Shown here one piece after another: positions 8,648 through 19,910 of a stretch of 64,000 nt of DNA; position 1 is the first letter of the stretch; each line of letters starts with the position of its first letter. Position numbers and translations under genes: made by a program. The stretch covers positions 32,001 to 96,000 of the forward strand of contig CAVQGX010000026.1 in the NCBI GenBank assembly GCA_963712115.1, in the 5' to 3' direction. Below the pieces are notes generated by a model. The model saw only the letters and a program-made list of their open reading frames with translations, had not been told where the DNA came from and ran no database searches. Source of the DNA: an uncultured delta proteobacterium (GTDB lineage: Bacteria; Desulfobacterota; Syntrophobacteria; BM002).

Positions 8648-9036
8648 GCCATTTCCTCCTTCTTGTAGATACCACGAAATTTAGCGGCTACCGAAAAAGA
8701 GCGTGAAAGGCCGCCCATTCCATACTGATGGCACGAAAACTCCTCCCGTATACCATGAGCATCAGGGGATTGCAAGACAATTTTACCCTCTTTAACAAGG
8801 CGCTATTGATATGGTCGCAAATAGCTTGTCCAATAATGTACTTTCGCTTTTATGAGGTCTAATCGGTACACGGTAAAAGTCCACTTTTTTCCGAAAACCC
8901 CTTTACAAGAAGAGCTTTTCTCTATACAATCAGCCCATCTCTAGGTCTGGTCCGGTTTAGCTGTGGATCAGGTATTTGTTGGAATCAGGGATTGTCTAAA
9001 TTAAGTGTTTAAACTCAAGCAACAAGGGTGGTGCTT

Positions 9037-10353
9037 ATGGCTAAACCATCAAAAAAAGGTGCAAAATCGGAAGCCGAAGTTGCGGCAGAGGCAAACAGGA
9101 AAAAAGAGATCCTTGATAAGGTGGCTCAGTCCAACCTGCCCACCAAGACGATTTTGAAGGAGTTGGGCATTTCCAGGTCCACCTATTACAGCTGGCTCAA
9201 GCGCTACGAAGAGGAAGGGGAGGAGGGACTGCTGGACAGTCGCTCACAGGCGCAACCAAGCGAGGAAAAAGTAGAAGCAGCCCCTGCGGTTGAAGAGGCC
9301 GAATCCCAACCTCCGGTGCAGGCGGAACCGGTGGCCGAAGAAGTGAGGGAGGAAAAGGTCGAACCTCCAACAGTGGAGGAACCCAAGGTGAAGCCTCCAG
9401 AGCCGGTTTCCCCGCCATTGGCGAAGGAGCCCAAGGCAGTGGAAAAAGTAAGCAGACCATCTCCAACTCCCCCACTTAGTGGGGGTGAAGCTAAAAAGGG
9501 CCTTGGCGGCTATGCCTTCGTCGCTGTATTGCTCTTGGCAATCGGTCTGTTAGTGAGCATTAGTCTCAGCAATTACAACACCTATAAGCTGGTTAAGAAC
9601 AACAACACCGTCACACTATGGAAGGGTAAGTTTGCTCCCCGTGGTTTTGAAGTGGTGGAGTCCTTCGAGCCGGTAGTGGTTGGGGACAGTGACGTAAGTG
9701 GGTTGACCAACAAGCTCTACACTGGCAAGGCTGCTGTTTATAAAGCCATCTTTGGTTTTTATATGGACCAAGTAACCGGAGAGACTTCCAAAGGTGACAA
9801 GGCAGACATGAGCATGATCAGCCTACTCCTCGACAGGGCAGAGAATTTTATGGATGGCAACGGCAAAGAGGAAGATAGTCTGGCGACAATGCGTTTCAAC
9901 TTGGCCCAACAACGGGTTGCCATGGCAGAATTAGGGTTGCAAAAGGCTTATCAAAAGGCACTGCCGATTTACCAGGAAGCGCTTAAGGCCGGCTTGGCAG
10001 ATAGCGCCATGCTGGAAGCCAAAGTAGAAACCATGCAAAAAACATTGGGACTTGCTCCGGTTCTACCACCAGACGAAGAAGCTGAGACTGCTCCGGCGGA
10101 GGAAACAATCATCAAGGAACCTGCGGCTACTGCCACCCCGGAAGAAAAACCAGCCGAAGTAGTTGTGGCTCCTCAAGAGGAAGGCAAACAAGGGGAAACT
10201 GGAGTCAAGGTAGAGCCAGCTGCCGAAGCCGGCGAGGATGTCAAAGAGGAAACGGGAACAAAAGTTACCACGGAGCCGGCCAAAGATGAGGAGACCAACG
10301 AGAAGCCCAGCGGTTTTAAGGAGTGGCTGAAATCGAAACGATCCCAGTTGTAG
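9037..10353 (+). CDS. Bitopic membrane protein: N-terminal transposase-like HTH, Pro/Glu linker, TM and extracytoplasmic domain
   Basis: ILKELGISRSTYYSWLKRY...GLLD HTH; TM YAFVAVLLLAIGLLVSISL; upstream TTTACA-N17-TACAAT (8902-8930). Confidence 0.85.
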   Translation: MAKPSKKGAKSEAEVAAEANRKKEILDKVAQSNLPTKTILKELGISRSTYYSWLKRYEEEGEEGLLDSRSQAQPSEEKVEAAPAVEEAESQPPVQAEPVAEEVREEKVEPPTVEEPKVKPPEPVSPPLAKEPKAVEKVSRPSPTPPLSGGEAKKGLGGYAFVAVLLLAIGLLVSISLSNYNTYKLVKNNNTVTLWKGKFAPRGFEVVESFEPVVVGDSDVSGLTNKLYTGKAAVYKAIFGFYMDQVTGETSKGDKADMSMISLLLDRAENFMDGNGKEEDSLATMRFNLAQQRVAMAELGLQKAYQKALPIYQEALKAGLADSAMLEAKVETMQKTLGLAPVLPPDEEAETAPAEETIIKEPAATATPEEKPAEVVVAPQEEGKQGETGVKVEPAAEAGEDVKEETGTKVTTEPAKDEETNEKPSGFKEWLKSKRSQL

Positions 10354-10546
10354 ACTCTAGGTTTTACTGAGCACATGGGAGACTCGTGGGGCGTCACTTG
10401 ATACTACCTATAGGGCTGAATGGCTCGGATTCTTTAGATACAATCTGTCCAACATATTCCTGATAGCCTGGATAACTTGCAACGAAGGCTGGATAGAAAT
10501 ACGGGGCGCTGACCGGAAGCGGAGTTCCGGGAAGCGCCCTTTTTAC

Positions 10547-10806
10547 ATTTTAGATTTGAGATCGCGGATTGTAGATTTGCGAAAGCATAGAGCATAGAGC
10601 ATAGGGCATGGGGCATAGGGTCAAAATTTGGAAATTCGAATTTCGAATTTCCAAATTAAAAATCCAAAATTCCAAGTCCTCGGTCGTCTGTCCTTTGACC
10701 TCCGACTTCCGACCTCTGACTTCTCAGCGTCTTTGTGCCTTGTGTCTGGTGCTTAGTGCCTAGTCCTTTCTGTGCAATCTGCAATCTACAGTCTACAATC
10801 TGCAAT
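10547..10806. repeat. Composite array of several heptamer families
   Basis: GATTNYR, GCATAGR, AAATTCN, GACYTCY, GTGCCTW and GCAATCT blocks in series. 10678-10740 resembles the reverse complement of 30331-30395. Confidence 0.8.
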
Positions 10807-10880
10807 GTTGAAAGGGTTTTCCTTTTGGGATATTTTGATGGCTGATTACTCGGGAGCAAGTCACCAGAGTGTGAGATTTG

Positions 10881-13376
10881 ATGATCGATAACCTCATCTA
10901 TACAATTCAAAGACCTAGTCGCTACCTTGGCAATGAGATCAATGTGCCGCGAAAGGATTGGGCCAACAGTAAGGTGAGAATGGTGCTGGCCTTTCCTGAC
11001 GTTTACGAGGTGGGCATGTCTCACCTCGGGATTTTATTGCTCTACAACATTCTCAACCAGCAAGAATGGATAGGGGCTGAGCGAGTTTTTGCCCCTTGGC
11101 CTGATATGGAAGCCAGGCTTCGGGTAAATGGCAAGCCTCTGGCCAGCCTGGAATCGGCCACACCACTCCATCTCTTTGATGTGGTGGGATTCAGTCTCCA
11201 ATATGAGTTGAGCTACACCAATGTGCTGACCATGCTAGAGTTGGGTGGTATCCCTACCCTTGCAGGATCTCGGGGGAGTGATTCGCCATTGGTTATAGGT
11301 GGAGGTCCCACTGCCTTCAATCCAGAGCCAGTGGCACCCTTTTTTGACGCATTGGTTCTCGGGGATGGAGAGGAAGTCATCCTGGAGATCGCCGAGCTGG
11401 TTAAAGAGTGGAAAAAGCAGGGGGGGGAGCGGTCAGATATTCTACAAGCCCTCTCTAAGATTGAAGGAATCTACGTTCCCCAGTTTTTTAAACCACTATA
11501 CGACAGCAGGGGACGTATCAGCGAAATAGAACCCAGCTTTCCTGGCAAAGCAAGGGTGCGAAAACGGATTATCCCAAGCTTGGAGATGAGCCGACAGCCG
11601 AGTCGCCCCTTGGTTCCTTGCACCCGCATTATTCATGACAGGCTGAGTCTTGAATTGGCTCGGGGCTGTACGCGGGGCTGTCGTTTCTGTCAGGCCGGCT
11701 TCATCTACAGACCGGTGCGAGAACGATCACCCCAGGAGATTTTGGGGGCGGCAGCCGAAGGTCTTGCCAGCACAGGTCATGATGAATTGTCTCTACTGGC
11801 CCTTAGTGTCGGTGATTACGGCAACATTCAAGGGTTGCTTCAGACCCTGATGCATCATCACCGGAACGGACAAGTGGCTATCTCTTTGCCAAGTCTTCGG
11901 GTGGGAACGCTCGATGAGAAGATGATTGAAGCGATCAAGCAAGTGCGCAAGACCGGCTTCACCCTGGCACCCGAAGCGGGTAGTGAGCGTCTGCGTCGGG
12001 TCATCAATAAGAGCATAACTGAAAGCGACCTGCTGGAAGGGGTGCGCAAAGTATATTCTGCCGGTTGGCCGCTCATTAAGCTATATTTCATGATGGGTTT
12101 ACCCACTGAAAGATCTAAAGACCGTTGGGCGCTGGTAGATCTTACCATGAAAGTTTGGCACGAGGCGGCTAAGCAAAGACCACGCAGAAGACTGCATGTC
12201 AGTGTTTCTACCTTTGTGCCTAAGCCGCACACTCCCTTTCAATGGGAAGCACAGCTCAGTCTCGAGGAGATTGAAGAAAATCTCGCTTTTTTCAAACAAC
12301 ATTTGCGGAAAAAAGGACTTCATTTCAAGTGGCACAAACCGTGGCAAAGTGTCCTGGAGGGCGTGTTCTCAAGGGGAGACCGACGGTTGGCAGAGGTAAT
12401 CCTGAGGGCTCAGGAGTTAGGTTGTCGCTTCGACGGCTGGAGTGACCATTTGCGGGTTGATCTCTGGCAGCAGGCTTTTGCCGAGGCAGGGATTGATCCC
12501 TTGAAATACGGGGCAAGATCGAGAGATTTCGATGAGGTTCTTCCCTGGTCACATTTGGATTGCGGTGTGAGCAGGGACTACCTTTGGCAAGAATATGAGC
12601 GAGCCCTGAGCGAAGACTTTACCTTAGATTGCAGGACTCGGGGCTGCAATGATTGTGGCGTCTGTGATCACGAAACAGTCCGGATGGAACTCCACCTACA
12701 AGAGATGCCAGAACAGGGTGGGAGGGTGAATCCTGAAGGGAAAAAGGACGAGTCCTGTAGCTATCGGCTAATATTCTCAAAGTCTGGAAGGGGACGCTTC
12801 CTGAGCCACCTAGAGATGGTAACGGTTCTCCAGCGGGCGATGCGACGAGCTAAGCTGCCACTGGCCTACACCCAGGGATATCACCCATCGCCTAAAGTCT
12901 CCTTTGAGGATGCACTGCCACTGGGCTTAGAGAGTCAGGCTGAGGAGATGAAGGTGATATTGTGCGAATCCTTGCTTCCTTCAGAGATTGGCAAACGATT
13001 GAATGGTGAGCTCCCAGCCGGTTTGGAGATACTTGAGGTAGTCAAGGAAGATAAAGATACTAGACAAATGACTCCTAGAGTGGTTACATACGAAGCTACC
13101 TTAAAGAGAGGAGTCTGGCCGATAGAGGGGTTCCGCCGGTTCCAGAGTCAGTCCCTGGCTCCCCTCAGGCAGAGATCCAAAAGGGGCGAGACTCTTATCC
13201 ATTTGGCAGAGCGACTCCTTAGTCTCGAGTCTTTGGATTCATGCACTATTCGGCTCAGCTTTACTCAGGGCCAACATGGTAATATACGGGTCCGGGATCT
13301 ATTAATGCACATATTTGAGCTGTCCAAAGAAGAAATCTTGGACGCTCGCATTGTCAAAATTTCTATGGAAGGATGA
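10881..13376 (+). CDS. B12-binding radical SAM protein (TIGR03960-like) fused to a TIGR03936/DUF2344-like domain
   Basis: FPDVYEVGMSHLG, CTRGCRFC; C-terminal FLSHLE...YTQGYHPSP; typical position upstream of rng. Confidence 0.92.
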   Translation: MIDNLIYTIQRPSRYLGNEINVPRKDWANSKVRMVLAFPDVYEVGMSHLGILLLYNILNQQEWIGAERVFAPWPDMEARLRVNGKPLASLESATPLHLFDVVGFSLQYELSYTNVLTMLELGGIPTLAGSRGSDSPLVIGGGPTAFNPEPVAPFFDALVLGDGEEVILEIAELVKEWKKQGGERSDILQALSKIEGIYVPQFFKPLYDSRGRISEIEPSFPGKARVRKRIIPSLEMSRQPSRPLVPCTRIIHDRLSLELARGCTRGCRFCQAGFIYRPVRERSPQEILGAAAEGLASTGHDELSLLALSVGDYGNIQGLLQTLMHHHRNGQVAISLPSLRVGTLDEKMIEAIKQVRKTGFTLAPEAGSERLRRVINKSITESDLLEGVRKVYSAGWPLIKLYFMMGLPTERSKDRWALVDLTMKVWHEAAKQRPRRRLHVSVSTFVPKPHTPFQWEAQLSLEEIEENLAFFKQHLRKKGLHFKWHKPWQSVLEGVFSRGDRRLAEVILRAQELGCRFDGWSDHLRVDLWQQAFAEAGIDPLKYGARSRDFDEVLPWSHLDCGVSRDYLWQEYERALSEDFTLDCRTRGCNDCGVCDHETVRMELHLQEMPEQGGRVNPEGKKDESCSYRLIFSKSGRGRFLSHLEMVTVLQRAMRRAKLPLAYTQGYHPSPKVSFEDALPLGLESQAEEMKVILCESLLPSEIGKRLNGELPAGLEILEVVKEDKDTRQMTPRVVTYEATLKRGVWPIEGFRRFQSQSLAPLRQRSKRGETLIHLAERLLSLESLDSCTIRLSFTQGQHGNIRVRDLLMHIFELSKEEILDARIVKISMEG

Positions 13377-13380
13377 CATT

Positions 13381-14907
13381 GTGTCCACTGATTTGATCAT
13401 CAGTGTTACCCATTATGAGACACGGGTTGCACTCATAGAAAATGGCACGGTCTCTGAGCTCTACATAGAACGTTCAGGCGATAGAAGCATTGCCGGCAAT
13501 ATATACAAAGGGAGAGTCGTAAGGGTGTTACCAGGGATGCAGGCAGCTTTTGTGGATATAGGTTTGGATAAAGCAGCATTCCTGTATGTTAGCGATGTTT
13601 ATGATAACCTTGAAGATATAGAAAAGATGATGGCCGGCAACGAGGAAAATCAGCAGGAGGATGAGCCACACCGGGAGGAAGCCGAGGGAATTTGGCCGAT
13701 GGAGATGCACATAGAAGATCGGCTACAGGAAGGGCAGGAAGTCCTGGTTCAGGTGGCGAAAGAACCTTTGGGTACCAAGGGAGCGCGCATTACTTCACAT
13801 GTCTCCATCCCGGGGCGTCACCTGGTTCTCATGCCAACAATGGATCATGTAGGAATATCAAGGCGAATTGAAGATGAAAGTGAACGGTCCCGATTACGTG
13901 AACTCCTGCTGCAGATAAAACCTCCCAAGTACGGTTTCATCGCTCGCACCGCAGCTGAGGGGGTGGAGAATGATAAGATCAAAGCAGAGATGGAGTTCAT
14001 GTTGCGGCTATGGCAAACGATTCAGAAAAATAACGAACACAGTCCAGTGCCAAGCCGACTTTACCAAGAGCCGGATATCATTCTCAGGGCAGTGCGAGAT
14101 TTGTTTACCCAAGAAGTGGACAAGCTAATAGTTGATTCTCAGGAAGAGTACGAAAAGATTGTTGAGTTCGTTGAGACTTTCATGCCTAGTTTAAGAGCAG
14201 ATGTAAAGTTGTATGAGGAATCCGAACCCATCTGTGATGCCTACGGAATTGAAATGGAACTTCAGAGGGCTCTGGGCAGGAAAGTGTGGCTAAAATCCGG
14301 CGGCTATATCGTAATAGAAATGACAGAGGCACTTACGGCCATCGATGTCAATACAGGCCGTTACGTGGGCAAACGAAATCTGGAGGAGACCATCCTCAAG
14401 ACTAACCTCGAGGCGGTCAAAGAGATTGCCTATCAGCTGCGCTTACGCAATCTTGGGGGTATCATTATTATCGATTTCATTGATATGGAAAAGGAGGCCA
14501 ATAAGGAAAAAGTATTCAACACGCTCAAAGAAGCCCTGAGGAAGGACAAAAGTAAAACCAACATCCTGAAAATGTCAGAGCTTGGGCTCATTGAGATGAC
14601 CCGTAAACGGACTAAAGAGAGTATAACCCGAGTATTAAGGGAACCGTGCTTTTATTGTGATGGAGAGGGTTATCTCAAATCCACGACCACCATGTGTTAT
14701 GAAATATTTAGCGAGATAGAGCGAGATCATGAGGCACTTTTTGGGCGAAGTGTCATGGTGACCGCACACCCGGAAGTTGTGCATCTTCTCTACGACGAGG
14801 AGCGCCATCGTCTGGAGGAGTTGGAGCAGAATCTCAAGGCACGGATCACGGTGCAAGCAGACCAGAGTCTTCATCTGGAGCAATATGATATCTACACCAT
14901 TTCTTAG
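13381..14907 (+). CDS. rng: Ribonuclease G (Rne/Rng family)
   Basis: GNIYKGRV..VLPGMQAAFVDIG, IDVNTG and IDFIDM motifs; GTG start. Confidence 0.95.
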   Translation: MSTDLIISVTHYETRVALIENGTVSELYIERSGDRSIAGNIYKGRVVRVLPGMQAAFVDIGLDKAAFLYVSDVYDNLEDIEKMMAGNEENQQEDEPHREEAEGIWPMEMHIEDRLQEGQEVLVQVAKEPLGTKGARITSHVSIPGRHLVLMPTMDHVGISRRIEDESERSRLRELLLQIKPPKYGFIARTAAEGVENDKIKAEMEFMLRLWQTIQKNNEHSPVPSRLYQEPDIILRAVRDLFTQEVDKLIVDSQEEYEKIVEFVETFMPSLRADVKLYEESEPICDAYGIEMELQRALGRKVWLKSGGYIVIEMTEALTAIDVNTGRYVGKRNLEETILKTNLEAVKEIAYQLRLRNLGGIIIIDFIDMEKEANKEKVFNTLKEALRKDKSKTNILKMSELGLIEMTRKRTKESITRVLREPCFYCDGEGYLKSTTTMCYEIFSEIERDHEALFGRSVMVTAHPEVVHLLYDEERHRLEELEQNLKARITVQADQSLHLEQYDIYTIS

Positions 14908-15185
14908 TGTAAGTAGACTGTGCCTATACTAGACTGGCAGATATTTTTTGGATCTCTACTGGAGTTTTTGAATCTTTCGAAACATCAAATCCCGAAATCC
15001 CGAAATTCAATGACAAAAACAGGTCTGATTGAATTTTGGTTATTGTTATTTGCTTGGAATTTGTATATCTTTGCATTTTAGTCGCTACAGTACTCCATTA
15101 CTCTAATTCCTTGCTTGCGAGAATTGCTTGACAAAAGAACTCGATTAGTCTATTTTTATCTTTTGTCTTTCTGGAGGATTAACTC

Positions 15186-15497
15186 ATGTACGCAGTGGTG
15201 AAATCTGGAGGCAAGCAGTACAAGGTAAGTGCTGGTGACGTGCTGCGCGTAGAAAAATTGGAAGCCCAGGTGGGCGATACCATAACCTTCGATGATGTCT
15301 TGCTTCTGAGCGACGGTAAGAATATTCAAGCTGAACCATCCGACCTTTCCCAAGCGAAAGTGACTGCTCGGGTCACGGCACACGGGCGGCGTCGAAAAAT
15401 AGTGGTGTTCAAGTACAAAAGGCGCAAGCGCTATCGCCGTAAGCAAGGACATAGGCAATATTTCACTGAACTGGCTATAGAGAACATAGAAGCCTAA
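15186..15497 (+). CDS. rplU: 50S ribosomal protein L21
   Basis: MYAVVKSGGKQYKV...GHRQYFT. Confidence 0.98.
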   Translation: MYAVVKSGGKQYKVSAGDVLRVEKLEAQVGDTITFDDVLLLSDGKNIQAEPSDLSQAKVTARVTAHGRRRKIVVFKYKRRKRYRRKQGHRQYFTELAIENIEA

Positions 15498-15531
15498 AAC
15501 TTTTCGGCTTTATCTGATGAGGTAACTGTCC

Positions 15532-15789
15532 ATGGCACACAAGAAGGCTGGAGGAAGTTCACGAAACGGTCGGGACAGCGCTTCCCAGCGACGAGGCGTC
15601 AAACGCTTTGGGGGCCAATCTGTTCGGGCCGGAAATATTTTGGTGCGTCAGGTGGGTACTAAGTTTCATCCTGGACAAAACGTAGGGTTGGGTAAAGATT
15701 ACACTCTTTTTGCCAAAATAGATGGGATTGTGCATTTTGAAAGGAAGGGCAAAAGCCGTCAAAAGGTGAGCGTTTATGCCCCAAGTTAG
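15532..15789 (+). CDS. rpmA: 50S ribosomal protein L27
   Basis: [16 protein letters not shown]. Confidence 0.98.
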   Translation: MAHKKAGGSSRNGRDSASQRRGVKRFGGQSVRAGNILVRQVGTKFHPGQNVGLGKDYTLFAKIDGIVHFERKGKSRQKVSVYAPS

Positions 15790-15820
15790 TGGCCAGCCAA
15801 ATTGGTCGGATGGACACTAG

Positions 15821-16957
<1,137 letters not shown>

Positions 16958-17032
16958 TAAAATTAAAATTTGGGGAATCTCACAATCTTTGTGGGTTATT
17001 TGCTTTATTAGCTTTAGCGAGGCGGATGCAAG

Positions 17033-18202
17033 GTGGTGATTTCTCCTGAACGCAAAAAGGTGGCGGGCCCTGCCCAAAGGATCGTAATAAAGGTTGGGAG
17101 TTCTGTGCTTGCCGGCAGGCGAGGCCTTGAGCTGGGTGTCATCAATCGGCTTTGCGATGAGGTTTCCATGCTGAGGGAGCAAGGTCGGCAAGTGGTGATC
17201 GTTTCTTCGGGGGCAATCGCTTCCGGCATTCGCAAGGTGGGTTTGAGGGGAATGCCAAAGACCATCCCCCAAAAGCAGGCTGCAGCTGCCGTAGGTCAGG
17301 GCAGCCTAATCCAGGCATACGAAGAGGCCTTCAGCCATTACGATCTTAAGGTTGCCCAGATTTTACTCACCAGTGATGATCTGACCAATCGTCGGCGCTA
17401 CTTAAATGCCCGTCACACCCTACAAACCCTTCTAGAATGGGGGATAATTCCCATTGTCAACGAGAACGACACGGTGGTGGTGGATGAAATCAAGTTTGGA
17501 GACAATGATAACCTTTCGGCACTTATTGCCCAACTAATCGAGGCTGACTTGTTAGTGGCATTGACAGACATGGACGGTCTCTACGACTCAGATCCGCGGG
17601 AAAACCGAGATGCAAAAATTATCCCTATTGTTCACCGTATCGACAGAGAGGTGGAGAGTTTTGCCGGAGATCGTCCGGGAGGGCTCGGCACTGGTGGTAT
17701 GCTCAGTAAACTAATGGCAGCCAGAAAAGTTACCGCTGCTGGGGTGCCGATGATAATTGGCAATGGCAGAAATCGTTATGTTCTCAAGCAAATTTTTGAT
17801 GGCGAGGAGGTAGGCACTCTCTTCTTACCAGCCGAGCGGCGTCTTCCAAGCAAAAAACAGTGGATTGCCCATACACTGAAACCCCAAGGGGAAGTGATCC
17901 TGGATGCGGGGGCGGCAAAAGCATTGAAGCTAAGGGGTAAGAGCCTTTTGTCCACCGGTATAGTCGCGGTAAGCGGGAGGTTTGAAGTGGGGGCTCCAGT
18001 GCGCTGCTTGAGCAGTGAGGGGGAAGTGATCGGCATTGGTCTAGTGAATTATGGGGCAGAAGAAATAGAAAAAATAATGGGTGTGCGCAGCAATCGAATA
18101 GAGGAGGTTCTGGGATACAAGCACTCTGACGAAATAATTCACCGAGACAATTTTGTTTTGAGTGAAACAATCGGGACAGACTCAGACGGGCAAGGTGCCT
18201 AG
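17033..18202 (+). CDS. proB: Glutamate 5-kinase with PUA domain
   Basis: VIKVGSS, NENDTV, FGDNDNLSA and GTGGM. Confidence 0.97.
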   Translation: MVISPERKKVAGPAQRIVIKVGSSVLAGRRGLELGVINRLCDEVSMLREQGRQVVIVSSGAIASGIRKVGLRGMPKTIPQKQAAAAVGQGSLIQAYEEAFSHYDLKVAQILLTSDDLTNRRRYLNARHTLQTLLEWGIIPIVNENDTVVVDEIKFGDNDNLSALIAQLIEADLLVALTDMDGLYDSDPRENRDAKIIPIVHRIDREVESFAGDRPGGLGTGGMLSKLMAARKVTAAGVPMIIGNGRNRYVLKQIFDGEEVGTLFLPAERRLPSKKQWIAHTLKPQGEVILDAGAAKALKLRGKSLLSTGIVAVSGRFEVGAPVRCLSSEGEVIGIGLVNYGAEEIEKIMGVRSNRIEEVLGYKHSDEIIHRDNFVLSETIGTDSDGQGA

Positions 18203-18249
18203 TGCCTTTGCCTAGCAGGCAGCAAGCAGCGTACAGCAGGCACCGGCAA

Positions 18250-18350
18250 GTCATTTGCTCCGCGTCATTTGGCTCCGCCGTCACTAGGCCTTACGGCCGT
18301 CATTAAGTGGTGACAACAAATGACCATGAGTCAAAGCGCAACAAAATGAC
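18250..18350. repeat. GTCAT/ATGAC element, copy B (degenerate)
   Basis: Colinear with copy D (49717 onward); contains hairpin GGCCTTACGGCC. Confidence 0.75.
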
Positions 18351-18431
18351 CTAGAATGGTCTGAGTCTTAGTAGTACCCAGTCCGTAGTGCCTAGTTCCT
18401 AGTGGTTAGTGTAAAAGGGGGGAGAGTCTCT

Positions 18432-19076
18432 TTGGGTATCGGAATTATGGGCGGAACCTTTAATCCGGTTCATCTTGGCCACTTGCGAGCGGCTGAAGAA
18501 GTGGCGGAGTCTCTGCAGTTGAAGCAGGTAATTTTCATGCCTGCAGCAAAACCACCTCACAAAAGTGCGGTGGGTTTGGTTTCTTTTGATCATCGCTACC
18601 GTATGTTGGAACTTGCTGTTAGTGGGAACCCCCTATTCGTGCTGTCGGACCTGGAGCATCAACGTCCAGGTAAGTCCTACTCGGTGGAAACACTGACGCA
18701 ACTCTCAAGCCAATATGGTGGAGATGAGGAACTCTACTTTGTTTTGGGATTAGATGCATTCTTGGAACTGCCGACCTGGAAGAGTTACCGTGAGCTATTC
18801 AAACTCTGCCACTTTGTTGTAGTAGCACGGCCGGGGTTTGCCCCGGAATCCTTGGATGTAATGCTCAAGAGCCAGGTTGATGATGGTTATTTTTTTGACT
18901 CTGAGGTTCAGGGATATGTCCATCCGAACCAATATGTCGTCTATTATAGGGAAATAACTCTGTTGGATATCTCCTCTTCCGATATTCGAAATCTTCTGGC
19001 CAGTAGCCGTTCGGTGCGCTACTTGTTACCGGACAAGGTGGAACACTACATTCGCCATCATGGTCTATATAGGTAA
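18432..19076 (+). CDS. nadD: Nicotinate-nucleotide adenylyltransferase
   Basis: GGTFNPVHLGH and ISSSDIR; start uncertain. Confidence 0.95.
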   Translation: MGIGIMGGTFNPVHLGHLRAAEEVAESLQLKQVIFMPAAKPPHKSAVGLVSFDHRYRMLELAVSGNPLFVLSDLEHQRPGKSYSVETLTQLSSQYGGDEELYFVLGLDAFLELPTWKSYRELFKLCHFVVVARPGFAPESLDVMLKSQVDDGYFFDSEVQGYVHPNQYVVYYREITLLDISSSDIRNLLASSRSVRYLLPDKVEHYIRHHGLYR

Positions 19077-19148
19077 TAATATAGAAACGAGACGGCAAAA
19101 GCGAAAAAACCGCAAAAGCTTGAATCACAGAGATCGCAGGGGCAGAAA

Positions 19149-19267
19149 AATTGAGGAATTAAGGAATTAGGGAATTGAGGAATTCGCAATCACAAAAAAC
19201 CAAGCAGATAGCAATCTCTTGGCCATTTAATTCCTCAATCCTTGAATCCCTAAATCCCTAAATTCCT
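19149..19267. repeat. Inverted AGGAATTN/AATYCCTN octamer array
   Basis: Four GGAATT octamers facing five complementary units. Confidence 0.8.
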
Positions 19268-19276
19268 GCACGGGAT

Positions 19277-19672
19277 ATGAAGCAGCAAACTTCAAAGAAA
19301 GTCGAGGAGATGGGCGGGCTAGAAAAAGCGATGTTATGCGCCGAGGTGGCGGCTGCCCATAAGGCAGAGAGACCCTTGATCTGCGAAGTAGCTGCAGTTG
19401 TGGGTTACACTGATTATTTTGTCATCTGTTCCGGCCGCTCAACTCGACACGTCCAAGCCCTTGCCGAACACATTGAATCAGCTCTGGCTCAACGAAGGGT
19501 CAAGCCCATGGGGGTAGAAGGCATGCTAGAAGGTCATTGGGTGCTCCTCGATCTCAATGATGTGATAGTGCACATTTTTTACCATCCCTTGAGGGCATTT
19601 TATGATCTAGAGGGGCTTTGGTGGGAGGCCCGGCAAATAGAGTTTTCTGAGAAGGGGGTTTCAGATCAATGA
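19277..19672 (+). CDS. rsfS: Ribosome silencing factor
   Basis: DYFVICSG, WVLLD and FYDLEGLW. Confidence 0.95.
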   Translation: MKQQTSKKVEEMGGLEKAMLCAEVAAAHKAERPLICEVAAVVGYTDYFVICSGRSTRHVQALAEHIESALAQRRVKPMGVEGMLEGHWVLLDLNDVIVHIFYHPLRAFYDLEGLWWEARQIEFSEKGVSDQ

Positions 19673-19910
19673 GACGTCTCGGAGAAATTAATACCTGTGG
19701 GAGTGAAGGGAATACAGTCACGGAGGAAGTGGCGTTTATGCACCAAATTCTCCGGTTTCAGGTGTCAGGATTCGAAATGATAGACCGAACACTGAAACTT
19801 AGGGTTGTGATTTGTTATTGAGGAATTAATTTGGTTGCTGGGATCAGAATCTGGCAAAAGTAGCTAAAGACGAGATTATACTATGATAGTAAGACATCGG
19901 TGGAACAGTA

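Noticed and set aside
8650-8775. Possible riboswitch upstream of the small membrane protein
   Set aside because: Only short stems; part of the region is better explained as a TTGCAA-N17-TATACG promoter; no recognisable aptamer.
9037-9250. IS element / transposase
   Set aside because: HTH only; no catalytic domain, TIRs or target duplication.
10434-11024. ORFs over heptamer arrays (also 30542-30733, 48815-49061, 52434-52622) and N-terminal extensions of aspS and the NtrC gene
   Set aside because: These are translations of low-complexity repeats; better starts exist downstream.
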